From: a virus
Strand: one strand, 5' to 3'
Virus record (IMG/VR): IMGVR_UViG_3300046170_000299
DNA: 64,000 bases
A model generated the notes under the pieces. It saw nothing but the letters and a program-made list of their open reading frames with translations, searched no databases and was not told the origin of the DNA. A program made the position numbers and the translations under genes. Shown piece by piece: positions 1 through 9,900 of the stretch (its first letter is position 1; each line of letters starts with the position of its first letter).

Positions 1-1
1 A

Positions 2-442
2 AATGATGAACTTATCACTTTCATCAATGTTGTGCGAACAGAAACGAGGGAACGTCCCTACGAAGAAGTTGCCTTTCCCAGAGGAGTTAACAACCTTGCC
101 AAGTACCGTCACCCTACGGAGATCTATTCCAAAGGAACCCCAATCCATGTGAGGGGTGCTCTCCTGTACAATCATTATGTGAAAAAACATAAGGTAGAAA
201 ACAAACATGCCTTGATACAGGAAGGTGAGAAGATCAAGTTCATGTACCTTAAGACACCAAACCCACTCCATGAGAATGCTATTAGCTTCTTTGGTGAGTT
301 GCCGAAGGAGTTTGGTATTGAGAAGTATGTGGATTATCAAACACAATTTGAAAAGAGTTTCTTGGAACCTTTGAAGAATGTGCTACAATGCATAGGATGG
401 AAGCATGAAAAGACTATTAGCATTGGGAGTTTCTTTGAATGA
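2..442 (+). CDS. gp43: DNA polymerase, family B, C-terminal part (5' truncated by window)
   Basis: T4 gp43-like C-terminus (KGTPIHVRGALLYN, EGEKIKFMYLKTPNP, FEKSFLEPL); lies upstream of uvsX. Confidence 0.95.
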   Translation, partial: NDELITFINVVRTETRERPYEEVAFPRGVNNLAKYRHPTEIYSKGTPIHVRGALLYNHYVKKHKVENKHALIQEGEKIKFMYLKTPNPLHENAISFFGELPKEFGIEKYVDYQTQFEKSFLEPLKNVLQCIGWKHEKTISIGSFFE

Positions 443-615
443 GTAAGAAAATCTTTGTTGTGACATGGACTAACCATCTTGTCGGACAAGTAGGACCAGA
501 GGACATTAAGTGCTTTGAGAACTACGATACTGCTCGTGCGTTTGCAAAACTCATGAGCAATAATTATACTTATGTAAACTTTTACGAGGATGAAGCAACA
601 CAATGGGATTCTTAA
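439..615 (+). CDS. Small hypothetical protein (58 aa, [17 protein letters not shown]...)
   Basis: ATG overlaps gp43 stop (ATGA); fills gap to uvsX; translated by hand. Confidence 0.7.
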   Translation: MSKKIFVVTWTNHLVGQVGPEDIKCFENYDTARAFAKLMSNNYTYVNFYEDEATQWDS

Positions 616-1616
616 ATTCTGTAATTAAAGATAGTGGCAATGAATTTGCTGGTTTGGTTAGTGAAGGAGTCGCTGCTGGCGACATTACTGATTATGTCGA
701 TACTGGCAGTTATATTTTTAACGCCTTGGTTAGTGGTTCGCTTTTTGGAGGTTTGCCTTCAAACAAAGTCACCGCTCTTGCAGGAGAATCAAGCACTGGG
801 AAAACTTTTTTTGCTCTTAGTGTCGTTCGTAATTTCCTTCGTGATAATCCTACAGGCGGCGTCATTTATTTTGAAACTGAATCCGCCATTTCCCGTGACA
901 TGATTGAGTCGCGTGGTATTGATTCCCAACGTATGGTTTTGTTTCCTGTCTCAACCATTGAAGAGTTCAGGACTCAAGCTTGTCGTATCGTTGACAAGTA
1001 TATGAAAGAACCTAAAGACAAACGTGAACCTATGATGTTTGTGTTAGATTCTTTAGGTATGCTTTCAACTAACAAGGAGATGGAAGACGTTGCTAATGAT
1101 AAGCAAGTTCGTGACATGACAAAGAGTCAGTTGATCAAGGGTGCCTTTCGTGTGCTGACACTTAAACTGGGTCAAGCACAGGTGCCTATGATCGTTACCA
1201 ACCATACATATGATGTGATCGGTTCCTATGTTCCTACTAAGGAGATGGGTGGCGGCACAGGTCTTAAGTACGCTGCATCTACTATCATCTATCTTGGTAA
1301 GAAGAAAGAGAAAGATGGTACTGAATTGGTAGGTAACATTATCAAGTGTGAAGCAAAGAAGTCACGTTTAACTAAGGAGGGCAGTAAGATTGAGACACGT
1401 CTATTTTTTGACGACCGTGGACTTGACAAGTATTACGGGTTATTGGAGTTGGGTGAACAATACGGAGTCTTCCAGCGGGTTGGCAATCGTATTAAGGTTG
1501 GTGAATCTTCTGTTTATCCTAAATCTATTCTCTCGAATCCTGAGAAGTACTTCACTGAAGAAGTGATGGCAAAATTAGAAGAGGCAGCTAAACAAGAATT
1601 CACCTATGGCAATTGA
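603..1616 (+). CDS. uvsX: RecA-like recombinase UvsX
   Basis: Walker [30 protein letters not shown]. Confidence 0.95.
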   Translation: MGFLNSVIKDSGNEFAGLVSEGVAAGDITDYVDTGSYIFNALVSGSLFGGLPSNKVTALAGESSTGKTFFALSVVRNFLRDNPTGGVIYFETESAISRDMIESRGIDSQRMVLFPVSTIEEFRTQACRIVDKYMKEPKDKREPMMFVLDSLGMLSTNKEMEDVANDKQVRDMTKSQLIKGAFRVLTLKLGQAQVPMIVTNHTYDVIGSYVPTKEMGGGTGLKYAASTIIYLGKKKEKDGTELVGNIIKCEAKKSRLTKEGSKIETRLFFDDRGLDKYYGLLELGEQYGVFQRVGNRIKVGESSVYPKSILSNPEKYFTEEVMAKLEEAAKQEFTYGN

Positions 1617-1627
1617 CAAGCTGTCTA

Positions 1628-1663
1628 CAGGGGGTTGCACGACCCCCTTTTTCATTGTATAGT
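1628..1663 (+). promoter_or_regulatory. Intrinsic terminator fused with sigma70-type promoter
   Basis: GGGGG-ttgcacga-CCCCC + T tract; TTGCAC (1635-1640), 17 bp, TATAGT (1658-1663). Confidence 0.7.
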
Positions 1664-1690
1664 ATGTCTATCAACCATCGAGGATTACCC

Positions 1691-2380
1691 ATGGATCTCA
1701 CAACATTCAAGCAAAAATTTGATGCGATCAAAGAACGTGGTTACATCAAATCCCATCGCAAAGGTAACACAGGTGTGGGACACACTCTTGAACAAGAACT
1801 AGGACTGACTGAGAACTGTATTTCTGGTCCTGACCTTGAGGGTAATGAACTTAAAGCAGCACGTAAAGGCGCTGGTGGTAAACAGACATTGTTTACTAAA
1901 GAGGGTGATTGGGTTGTACCCCAGAGAGATTATATTGAAACATATGGTTTCCCTCACACCACAAAAATTGGTGAGTTGAGTGGACAATCTACTGTAACTA
2001 AAAACGTTAATAAGCGTGGTCTTCAGATCGTGACTACTGATGACTACTGTGCTATCTGTCATGACAATGTTATTATTGTTATGTGGGATTGGGACACATT
2101 GATTGATCAGTTTGCTAAGAAGTTTCCTGCATGTGTGAAAGTATTTGCTGACGTTGAGAAACGTGACGGTGTAGAATACTTCCACTACAATGAAGCATAT
2201 CGTTTCATTGGTACTGACAAGAACTTGTTTCGCACTGCAATCGAGAATGATATGATTGCTATTGATATTCGTATGCGTACACAGAAGATGATTGGTAAAT
2301 CTCTTCGTAATCGTGGTACTGCATTCCGTATGAATCATGGTAAAATGGAAGAACTATTTGTTAAGGAGATCATCAATTGA
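1691..2380 (+). CDS. MvaI/BcnI-family restriction endonuclease
   Basis: GNTGVGHTLEQELGLTENCISGPDLEGNELKA matches the family signature (G.G.TLE..LG..EN...PD....ELK); likely start ATG 1691. Confidence 0.8.
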   Translation: MDLTTFKQKFDAIKERGYIKSHRKGNTGVGHTLEQELGLTENCISGPDLEGNELKAARKGAGGKQTLFTKEGDWVVPQRDYIETYGFPHTTKIGELSGQSTVTKNVNKRGLQIVTTDDYCAICHDNVIIVMWDWDTLIDQFAKKFPACVKVFADVEKRDGVEYFHYNEAYRFIGTDKNLFRTAIENDMIAIDIRMRTQKMIGKSLRNRGTAFRMNHGKMEELFVKEIIN

Positions 2381-3234
2381 AGGATACTATTCTCTACGGT
2401 GACTGTCGCGAAACTCTTAAAGAGTTTGATAGTAAAGCTAGAATGTGTGTTACCTCACCACCTTACTATGGTCTACGTAACTATGGTGGTGAAGAAGATC
2501 AGATTGGTCTGGAACAAACACCAGAAGAATATGTTGACAATCTTGTAAAGGTTTTTCGTGAGGTAAGAAATTGTCTTACTGATGATGGAACATGCTGGGT
2601 TAATCTTGGTGATAGTTATTACAACTATAGACCAGGTAAAGGTCAAGCTATTCATAAACAATCAGTATCTAAAACTAACCAAGATTTACCTAGCACATGT
2701 GCCAGACGAGGTAACAAACTAGAAGGTCTTAAAGAAAAAGATCTTATTGGTATTCCTTGGATGTTTGCTTTTGCCATGAGAGCAGACGGATGGTATCTAA
2801 GACAAGATATTATTTGGAATAAACCTAATCCAATGCCAGAGAGTGTGAGAGATAGATGCACTAAATCTCACGAGTATATTTTCTTGTTTAGTAAAAGTCA
2901 AAATTATTATTTTGATGTTAATGCTATCAAAGAATCAACTGTGGATGGTAAGGGGTTGAAGCGTAAGAAAACTGTATGGGAAATTAAAACTAAACCATAC
3001 AAGGGAGCACACTTTGCTGTGTATCCACCAGAGTTAATTGAACCATGTATTAAAGCTGGTAGTGAAGAAGGTGATCTTGTATTGGATCCATTTATGGGAT
3101 CTGGTACTACTGCCTTAGTTGCCAAATCATTACAAAGACATTATTTGGGTTGCGAATTACATGAAGACTATGGTAAACTAATTCAAACAAGGTTAAGTGA
3201 AAAATCCTTTGCTAGGTTAAATTTTAATGATTGA
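2377..3234 (+). CDS. Beta-class N4/N6 DNA methyltransferase
   Basis: Motif IV TSPPY precedes motif I DPFMGSGTT; IWNKPNPMPESVRDR; ATGA-type overlap with the endonuclease. Confidence 0.92.
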   Translation: MKDTILYGDCRETLKEFDSKARMCVTSPPYYGLRNYGGEEDQIGLEQTPEEYVDNLVKVFREVRNCLTDDGTCWVNLGDSYYNYRPGKGQAIHKQSVSKTNQDLPSTCARRGNKLEGLKEKDLIGIPWMFAFAMRADGWYLRQDIIWNKPNPMPESVRDRCTKSHEYIFLFSKSQNYYFDVNAIKESTVDGKGLKRKKTVWEIKTKPYKGAHFAVYPPELIEPCIKAGSEEGDLVLDPFMGSGTTALVAKSLQRHYLGCELHEDYGKLIQTRLSEKSFARLNFND

Positions 3235-4612
3235 ACGGATTGAAGAAACTATCCTAAGAAACCTCCTACATAACGAGGAGTATTATCGAAAGGTAGTCCC
3301 ATTTCTCAAAGCAGAATACTACGAGAACTATCATGAGAAGATTATCTTTGAGGAGATTGCCGAGTTTTCTTCTAAGTACGACAAAGTTCCTACTAAAGAA
3401 ATCCTTACGATTAATCTCCAGAATCGTAATGACCTTACTGACGAATCGTTTCAAAGTTCGGTACAGACGGTATCCTCCCTATCAGACGACTGGGTTGACT
3501 ACGACTGGCTCCTTGACGCAACCGAAAAGTGGTGTCAAGACAGAGCAATCTATCTCGCCCTTATGTCCTCGATCAAGATCGCAGATGGAGGCGATAAAAA
3601 ACTTTCGAGAGATGCGATACCCTCCATACTCCAAGAAGCCTTGGCGGTATCGTTCGACGAACACATAGGACACGACTATATTGAACAAGCAACAGACAGA
3701 TATGAATTCTACCATCGCAAAGAAGAGAAGGTTCCCTTTGATCTTGAAAAGTTTAACTTTATCACGAAAGGTGGTATCTCTAACAAGACTCTCAATGTCG
3801 CTCTTGCTGGTACAGGTGTCGGGAAGTCTCTATTCATGTGCCATGCAGCTGGTGCCGCTCTCTCACAGGGGTACAACGTTCTCTACATTACATGTGAAAT
3901 GGCAGAGGAAAAAATTGCTGAACGAATTGACGCAAACCTTTTAAACGTTGCTGTAAAAGATATTACAGAATTACCTGAGGTTCTTTTTACTAGTAAGGTA
4001 AATGAGATTGCTAGGAAAACTCAGGGCAAACTTATTATTAAGGAGTACCCAACAGCGTCTGCACATGTCGGACATTTTAAAGGACTTCTAAGCGATCTCA
4101 GATTAAAAAAAGATTTTAAACCAGATCTTATATTCATTGATTATTTAAATATATGTGCAAGCGTGAGGTACAAAGGTGCCGTTGTTAACTCGTATACCTA
4201 TGTTAAGGCGATTGCTGAGGAGCTTCGGGGTCTTGCTGTGGAAGCTAACGTCCCTATTGTTAGTGCTACTCAGACCACTCGTTCTGGTTTTGGCAATAGC
4301 GATCCAGATCTTACCGATACTTCTGAGTCTTTTGGTCTTCCTGCCACTGCTGATTTTATGTTTGCCCTTATCTCTACTGAGGAGTTGGAACAACAAGGTC
4401 GCATCATGGTCAAACAACTTAAAAACAGATACTCAGACATCGTTACCTCACGAAAATTCATGGTGGGAATTGACAGATCGAAGATGAGGCTGTATGATGT
4501 TGCTGATGATGCCTCAGCTATTGGCATCAGTGAAGAAGCTCCTGGTGAGGACTTCCAGCAATTTGCTGACACACAATCTAGACTATCTAAATTTGCCGAG
4601 TGGAACGTATGA
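3227..4612 (+). CDS. gp41: Replicative DNA helicase
   Basis: AGTGVGKS Walker A, IFIDYLNIC, SATQTTRSG, SESFGLPATAD. Confidence 0.95.
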   Translation: MIERIEETILRNLLHNEEYYRKVVPFLKAEYYENYHEKIIFEEIAEFSSKYDKVPTKEILTINLQNRNDLTDESFQSSVQTVSSLSDDWVDYDWLLDATEKWCQDRAIYLALMSSIKIADGGDKKLSRDAIPSILQEALAVSFDEHIGHDYIEQATDRYEFYHRKEEKVPFDLEKFNFITKGGISNKTLNVALAGTGVGKSLFMCHAAGAALSQGYNVLYITCEMAEEKIAERIDANLLNVAVKDITELPEVLFTSKVNEIARKTQGKLIIKEYPTASAHVGHFKGLLSDLRLKKDFKPDLIFIDYLNICASVRYKGAVVNSYTYVKAIAEELRGLAVEANVPIVSATQTTRSGFGNSDPDLTDTSESFGLPATADFMFALISTEELEQQGRIMVKQLKNRYSDIVTSRKFMVGIDRSKMRLYDVADDASAIGISEEAPGEDFQQFADTQSRLSKFAEWNV

Positions 4613-5013
4613 CTATTAATTTTGAACGCTATGAAGAGTTTGTATCAGCAGTTACTTCAGAAGCTTCTACAAACTTTGTTGATTTCGCTGACCGTATTGG
4701 TGATCTGGATCGACAAGGTGCCAATATTGAGAGACTTCTTACTGCTGGGGTTGGAATTAATGCTGAGGGTGGTGAGTTCCTTGAGATCATTAAAAAAATG
4801 GTCTTCCAAGGAAAACCGTGGAACGAAGATAATCGTGAGCATCTCATTATTGAGTTGGGTGACGTTATGTGGTATGTTGCTCAAGCTACAATGGCACTTG
4901 ATATATCCTTCGATGAAGTAATCGAAACCAATGTCAATAAACTGAAGAAGCGTTATCCTGGTGGTGAGTTCAATGTTCACAACTCAGAAGTTCGTGCCGC
5001 TGGCGATAGGTAA
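4609..5013 (+). CDS. mazG: MazG nucleotide pyrophosphohydrolase
   Basis: EGGEFLEIIKK...ELGDVMWYVAQ...NVNKLKKRYP; typical position after gp41. Confidence 0.93.
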   Translation: MTINFERYEEFVSAVTSEASTNFVDFADRIGDLDRQGANIERLLTAGVGINAEGGEFLEIIKKMVFQGKPWNEDNREHLIIELGDVMWYVAQATMALDISFDEVIETNVNKLKKRYPGGEFNVHNSEVRAAGDR

Positions 5014-5213
5014 TGCTAACACTTTGGATCCATACGGTAGCATTCTTTCAAGTGGTTGTGATGAATTGTATCCAACCAGTTAACTGGCAATACTGCTATC
5101 GTGTTGACCAGTGGTTGTTACCAGAACTCCATGAAGGATATAAAATATGGACAGGTGAATCACACCCTTACCAAAATGAAAAAGAATATCTCAAAGACCT
5201 CTCATCTAAATAG
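5013..5213 (+). CDS. Hypothetical protein
   Basis: 66-aa ORF coupled to mazG stop. Confidence 0.6.
   Translation: MLTLWIHTVAFFQVVVMNCIQPVNWQYCYRVDQWLLPELHEGYKIWTGESHPYQNEKEYLKDLSSK
5207..5212 (+). promoter_or_regulatory. T4-type late promoter core (TAAATA) within a terminator-like hairpin
   Basis: CTAAATA 22 nt before ATG 5235; flanked by acctc...gaggt + T tract. Confidence 0.55.
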
Positions 5214-5234
5214 TTAGACGGGAGGTTTTTTCAT

Positions 5235-6476
5235 ATGAAAGCAGGAGATTTTTTCAGAAATGGTGGAAGGTATCTTGATCGTATGGATACCTTATTTGAT
5301 AAAGCTTTAAGACGTAATGGAAAAGAAAATCTTTTCTCAACAGACATTGGTGTTGTTGAGGTAGCAGGATTTACAGTCACTCGTAAAAATGCAGGTAAGT
5401 ATGTAACTTCACCCTTTCAAGATTTTCATAGTATCAAAGGAAATGCTGGTAAAGAAAATTCTGCAAAGATGCTTTTTGATGCTGTGTGTAGAGAAGGTCT
5501 TCGTGGTAAAAATAATATTGAATTTACATGCAATTTTCCTACAGGAAAAAATGTGTCTCGTGCTGTAAGTAGTGTTGATATTTACTTAGACTTAGAAGAC
5601 TTTACAAAAACTGGTGAGTTTGGTGGACAAATCAAAGGTGGTAAAAAAATTAATATGGGTAATGTTTATGAAGATGATCTTACTCAATCCTTAATTGATT
5701 ATTGTTCTGGTAAAAAACCTAAAAAATATCCAGATCATGTCAATATGATTATTGATGCCATGGTCAAAAAATTTGGAGAAGGACCTACCTTCGCAAAAGG
5801 TGAGGGTGAAAAGAATCAAAAACGTCCTCTTAAAAAGAAAGGAAGTAATATTGTTATCTCTGCTGGTGGTGCAACTACAAATGATATCGGAAAGACAATC
5901 ACAGATATTACACTGACAGTTGCTGACAAACCAGTATACATTTCAGTAAAGTTTGGAAGCACATTATCTTTCTTTAACTGTGGTGTACGTAGTAGTGGTA
6001 AAGATAATCTAGCATTATTTCCAGAAGCAAAATTAAAACTGGGTGAAGTACCTGATGATGGTCAAGAATTTCTAGAAATGTTTGGTATAGATCAACAAAA
6101 ATTTTTAGATGTATTTGCTAACTACGGAACTAAAAGTGGTCCTACAGTAGAAAATCATGTTGATGATACTAAACTATCAGTTTCTGGTAAGGCAGCATTA
6201 CAGGATATGATTAAGAGTGGGGTTGGTTATGGATATTGGATGGCGCACTATACAGGATCTCATTTAGAATTTTATGAGATCGATGAAGACTATATGAACA
6301 AAGCTGCTTCTCTTGTTAGTAATACCGTTGAAATTAATTATGGTGGTGCTACTGGTAAAGGTAAACGTATTGATATGTTATTTGAAACTAAATCATATAA
6401 TTTCAAATTTAATATTAGAAACAAACAAGGTGGAGTTTATCCTACACATACCAATGGAGATTATTATAAGAAGTAA
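5235..6476 (+). CDS. Hypothetical protein with probable PD-(D/E)xK nuclease motif
   Basis: NMGNVYE...TDITLT...YISVK arrangement resembles restriction-endonuclease-like active sites. Confidence 0.6.
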   Translation: MKAGDFFRNGGRYLDRMDTLFDKALRRNGKENLFSTDIGVVEVAGFTVTRKNAGKYVTSPFQDFHSIKGNAGKENSAKMLFDAVCREGLRGKNNIEFTCNFPTGKNVSRAVSSVDIYLDLEDFTKTGEFGGQIKGGKKINMGNVYEDDLTQSLIDYCSGKKPKKYPDHVNMIIDAMVKKFGEGPTFAKGEGEKNQKRPLKKKGSNIVISAGGATTNDIGKTITDITLTVADKPVYISVKFGSTLSFFNCGVRSSGKDNLALFPEAKLKLGEVPDDGQEFLEMFGIDQQKFLDVFANYGTKSGPTVENHVDDTKLSVSGKAALQDMIKSGVGYGYWMAHYTGSHLEFYEIDEDYMNKAASLVSNTVEINYGGATGKGKRIDMLFETKSYNFKFNIRNKQGGVYPTHTNGDYYKK

Positions 6477-7669
6477 TGTCAAACATTAAACAGCTAAAAC
6501 ATTTAGAACATCTAGAAGATGAAATGCTCAACTATGGAGTTGAGGGTTGTAAAGCTGCTGTGTCTTTTTTAAAAGAACTTAAGAAAATGTTGGGTCATCA
6601 AGAGAGTGGTGGTTTTATGCAAACAAAATGGGATGGTGCTCCTTCAGTTATTTGTGGCACAGATCCTCAGACAGGAATGTTTTTTGTTGGCACTAAATCT
6701 GTATTTGCAAAGACTGCTCCTAAACTTTGCTATAGTGAAGAACAGATTGATGGGTGGTATGAGGGTGACCTAGCAGAAAAATTAAAATTCTCTCTTCGTT
6801 ATTTTTCTACTTTGGGTATTGAAGGTGTGGTACAAGGTGATCTTTTATTTACTTCTGATATTAAAAGGGAACGAATTGATGGGGAGGATTTATATACATT
6901 CAGACCAAATACTATTACCTATGGTATTCCAGTAGATCATCCTATTGGTAAGGCAGCAGGTATTGCAAAAGTTGGTGTAGTATTTCATACTCATTATACT
7001 GGAGACGTAGTTGCTGACATGCAAGCAAGAGCTGGTGCAAAAGTAAAAGGATCTGCCGAAGCTTTAGTAGTTCAAAATGATACACCAATGCATAGAGTTG
7101 GTTTTTCTCGTGCAGAAATGAGTGAGTTTGATCGTTATATTTCAAAGATCGAACGCATGTGTGGTATCTGTGGTCCTTTCCTTGATGAATTAGTTACCAA
7201 GACAGGTACTACTGGTGATGCTAAATTCCACATCGCATCTTATCTAAAGCAGTTCTTTAACAATGAGATTAAGAATGCTCGTAGTATCGGCAAAATTGAT
7301 GAGGCGATGTATGACATGTTGAACTTCTACGAAGAGAAAACAAGTAAAGAACTTGCCAAGATCAAGACAGTTGCAAACCTGACTAAGAAGAGAGCTCTTG
7401 TATATGGTAGTCAGAATTATGTTGTGGATAATGTATACAAGTTCAAAGCAATGCTAACACTGTACAAAGAATTGCAAGCAGTGAAGCAAATGGTTATAGA
7501 TAAACTTGACCACCTAGAAGAGTTCAGGACTTTTGTCCAGACAGAGAAAGGATATAAGGTCACAACTCCTGAAGGATATGTTCTGCATAAGGATGGCAGT
7601 ATGATTAAGTTTGTTAACCGTATGGAGTTTGCATACAACAACTTTACTCTTCAGAAGCAATGGCGTTAA
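6476..7669 (+). CDS. Conserved T4-like protein (DUF6267-like) with ligase/capping-superfamily motifs
   Basis: KWDG (I), VQGDLLF (III), PEGYV (IV), IKFV (V). Confidence 0.7.
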   Translation: MSNIKQLKHLEHLEDEMLNYGVEGCKAAVSFLKELKKMLGHQESGGFMQTKWDGAPSVICGTDPQTGMFFVGTKSVFAKTAPKLCYSEEQIDGWYEGDLAEKLKFSLRYFSTLGIEGVVQGDLLFTSDIKRERIDGEDLYTFRPNTITYGIPVDHPIGKAAGIAKVGVVFHTHYTGDVVADMQARAGAKVKGSAEALVVQNDTPMHRVGFSRAEMSEFDRYISKIERMCGICGPFLDELVTKTGTTGDAKFHIASYLKQFFNNEIKNARSIGKIDEAMYDMLNFYEEKTSKELAKIKTVANLTKKRALVYGSQNYVVDNVYKFKAMLTLYKELQAVKQMVIDKLDHLEEFRTFVQTEKGYKVTTPEGYVLHKDGSMIKFVNRMEFAYNNFTLQKQWR

Positions 7670-8223
7670 ATTGTAACAAGTGCTATTTTACATTTGGTAG
7701 GTTTCAACCACCTACTACAGGACACAAAGAAAACTTTGCTGGCGTAAAAGCAGCTGCAGGGTTACACGATTATCGTATCTACATTTCACAGACTGTAGAT
7801 ACAAAAGGTAGCAATCCATTGCCGCCAGATCGTAAAAAGTTTTATATGGATAAGATGTTTCCTGAACATAAAGGTAAAATTTATAGTGGTCCTAGAGATC
7901 CAGTTAAAATTTTACAGGACATTATGCTTGCAGGATACAATGAAGTTATATTCCTTGTAGGTTCTGACAGAGTTGCTGCCATGCAGTTCCTCCATAAATA
8001 TAATGGTAAAGATTTCTCATTCCGTAAAATTGATATCCAATCTTCTGGAAGTAGAGACGCTGATGGTGATACCTTTGCCATTTCTGGAACTAAGATGAGA
8101 CGTGCAGCACATGCTGGTGACTTTGATACATTCAGAAAGGGTATTCCTAGAGCATTAAATGATCGTGATTGTCGTGCTCTTATGGCAGAGATTGCAATGG
8201 CACTACCTAAGAATTTTAAATGA
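7660..8223 (+). CDS. HIGH-family nucleotidyltransferase (cytidylyltransferase-like)
   Basis: FTFGRFQPPTTGH, VGSDR, ISGTKMR. Confidence 0.85.
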   Translation: MALNCNKCYFTFGRFQPPTTGHKENFAGVKAAAGLHDYRIYISQTVDTKGSNPLPPDRKKFYMDKMFPEHKGKIYSGPRDPVKILQDIMLAGYNEVIFLVGSDRVAAMQFLHKYNGKDFSFRKIDIQSSGSRDADGDTFAISGTKMRRAAHAGDFDTFRKGIPRALNDRDCRALMAEIAMALPKNFK

Positions 8224-8447
8224 AAGATTTTAAGAAGCTGCGTGAAGAAGCACTCCGTCAACAACAACGACAGGATGAAGTTTTCAAAGAAGGTGACATT
8301 GTTATGTCATCACGTACAGGAGACAAAGGACACATTCATAGAGCAGGTGGTAACTATGCCATCATTATTTCTGAAGAAGGAAATATGTTCCGTGAATGGA
8401 TAAAGAACATTAGATCTATAAATAATACGAGAAGAACCTCCCTTTAA
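8220..8447 (+). CDS. Hypothetical protein
   Basis: 75-aa ORF, MKDFKKLREE start, coupled to upstream stop. Confidence 0.75.
   Translation: MKDFKKLREEALRQQQRQDEVFKEGDIVMSSRTGDKGHIHRAGGNYAIIISEEGNMFREWIKNIRSINNTRRTSL
8417..8424 (+). promoter_or_regulatory. T4 late promoter TATAAATA
   Basis: Exact gp55-sigma consensus 26 nt upstream of ATG 8451. Confidence 0.75.
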
Positions 8448-8450
8448 GAA

Positions 8451-9242
8451 ATGAAGAAGCCAGATCCTATTAATAAAGTAAGACACAGTGATGAGTTTTC
8501 ATCTGGACTGATGGAACAGTATGGTAAGTGGATGGGTGGCGATTGCTTCCAGAATACTGACATGCCCGACCTCCATGAAGCACCTTTCGATGGCATGGAT
8601 CCGCAATCCAATGGTGCTGAGATTGAGGACACTACTAAGAAAAAGAAGAGTGCTAAGAAAGAGTCTCCTAAAGCACAACTTGATACTAAGGAAGAGTATG
8701 AAGTTTTAGAAAGAGAGGAGGTTGAAATTGATGGCGAACTTTATGTTCTAGAGAAGAGGAGATATGCTACTGAAGGTATGGCAGCAGCTCGTGATAACGT
8801 TGGTGCTTCTACATGCTGGAAAGGATATAAGGCAAAGGGAACTAAGAATAAAGGTGGTAAAGAAGTTCCTAACTGTGTAAAGGAAGAGGAAGTAGCAGAG
8901 CATCATCAAAAAGATGCTGACGGTAAGGTCATTGAGCATGATGGTGAAGAGCTAGAAGAAGCAAAGAAAGGACTTTATGCTAATATCCATGCTAAGAGAA
9001 AGCGTGGGGAAGCACCTGCAAAAGCAGGTAGTGAAGACTATCCTGCCAAGGATGCATTCAAGAAAGCAGCAAAGACTGCTAAGAAAGAAGAGGTTGAACT
9101 AACTGAGAAGAAACTCGATCCAGTTGGTAAGGCAGATGCTGACATCGATAACGATGGTGATGTAGATAAGTCTGACAAGTATTTACATGCACGTCGTAAG
9201 AAGGTTACTAAGATCATCTCAATGACGAAGAAGAAAAAATGA
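8451..9242 (+). CDS. Charged low-complexity protein, probable internal head protein
   Basis: E/K-rich, DADIDNDGDVD EF-hand-like loop, late promoter. Confidence 0.75.
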   Translation: MKKPDPINKVRHSDEFSSGLMEQYGKWMGGDCFQNTDMPDLHEAPFDGMDPQSNGAEIEDTTKKKKSAKKESPKAQLDTKEEYEVLEREEVEIDGELYVLEKRRYATEGMAAARDNVGASTCWKGYKAKGTKNKGGKEVPNCVKEEEVAEHHQKDADGKVIEHDGEELEEAKKGLYANIHAKRKRGEAPAKAGSEDYPAKDAFKKAAKTAKKEEVELTEKKLDPVGKADADIDNDGDVDKSDKYLHARRKKVTKIISMTKKKK

Positions 9243-9601
9243 AATCCTTTGATAAGTTCCGTGAAGAGTGCGGTTGCGATGAAAAGGAAAAGAAGGTAAA
9301 ATCTAAACTAAAGAATAAAAAGTCTGGTAATGTAGAAGTGATGCCTAATATTCCTGATGGTAAGAAAGGGATGACCACCCGCGCAACTAATGAAGCAAAG
9401 AACTATCAAGGTCCTTTGTATGCACCGTGGTCTTCTGTTGTAAAAGGAAGAGGATTTGATCCTATTGAAGAAAGAAAAGTAAAAGAATCATTTGAGGGTG
9501 GTGTTCAAAAAGCACGCCGTGACTATCGTTCTGGTACGTTATTAACTTTCAAACAATTCATGTCAAAGATTACTGATATCTTAGATGAGTGGGAGAAATA
9601 A
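9239..9601 (+). CDS. Hypothetical protein
   Basis: 120-aa ORF, MKSFDKFREE start. Confidence 0.75.
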   Translation: MKSFDKFREECGCDEKEKKVKSKLKNKKSGNVEVMPNIPDGKKGMTTRATNEAKNYQGPLYAPWSSVVKGRGFDPIEERKVKESFEGGVQKARRDYRSGTLLTFKQFMSKITDILDEWEK

Positions 9602-9628
9602 ATAGGCTATGCAATATGATTTAAGATT

Positions 9629-9829
9629 ATGCTATCCTTTCTATTACCACTCGCAACAAAAGTAATTTCAGACGCAGTTGCCAAGATCCCTGAAAATGAG
9701 GAACTTGGAGAAAAACTGATTGACATCTGTTTAGTTATTCTCGGCAAGGCAGTCAAATTGACTAAGACCGATATGGATGACAAACTACTTGAAACTGTTA
9801 CTGCTGCTATTAAAGCAAGAGAAGAGTGA
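9629..9829 (+). CDS. Hypothetical protein
   Basis: 66-aa ORF followed by terminator. Confidence 0.75.
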   Translation: MLSFLLPLATKVISDAVAKIPENEELGEKLIDICLVILGKAVKLTKTDMDDKLLETVTAAIKAREE

Positions 9830-9835
9830 TACTCT

Positions 9836-9864
9836 GGGGGAGCAATCCCCCTTTTTTATAAATA
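9836..9864 (+). terminator. Terminator hairpin abutting late promoter
   Basis: GGGGG-agcaat-CCCCC + T tract running into TATAAATA (9857-9864). Confidence 0.75.
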
Positions 9865-9900
9865 AACATTAGATAATAGTAATATTCGGAGCACACGTCA

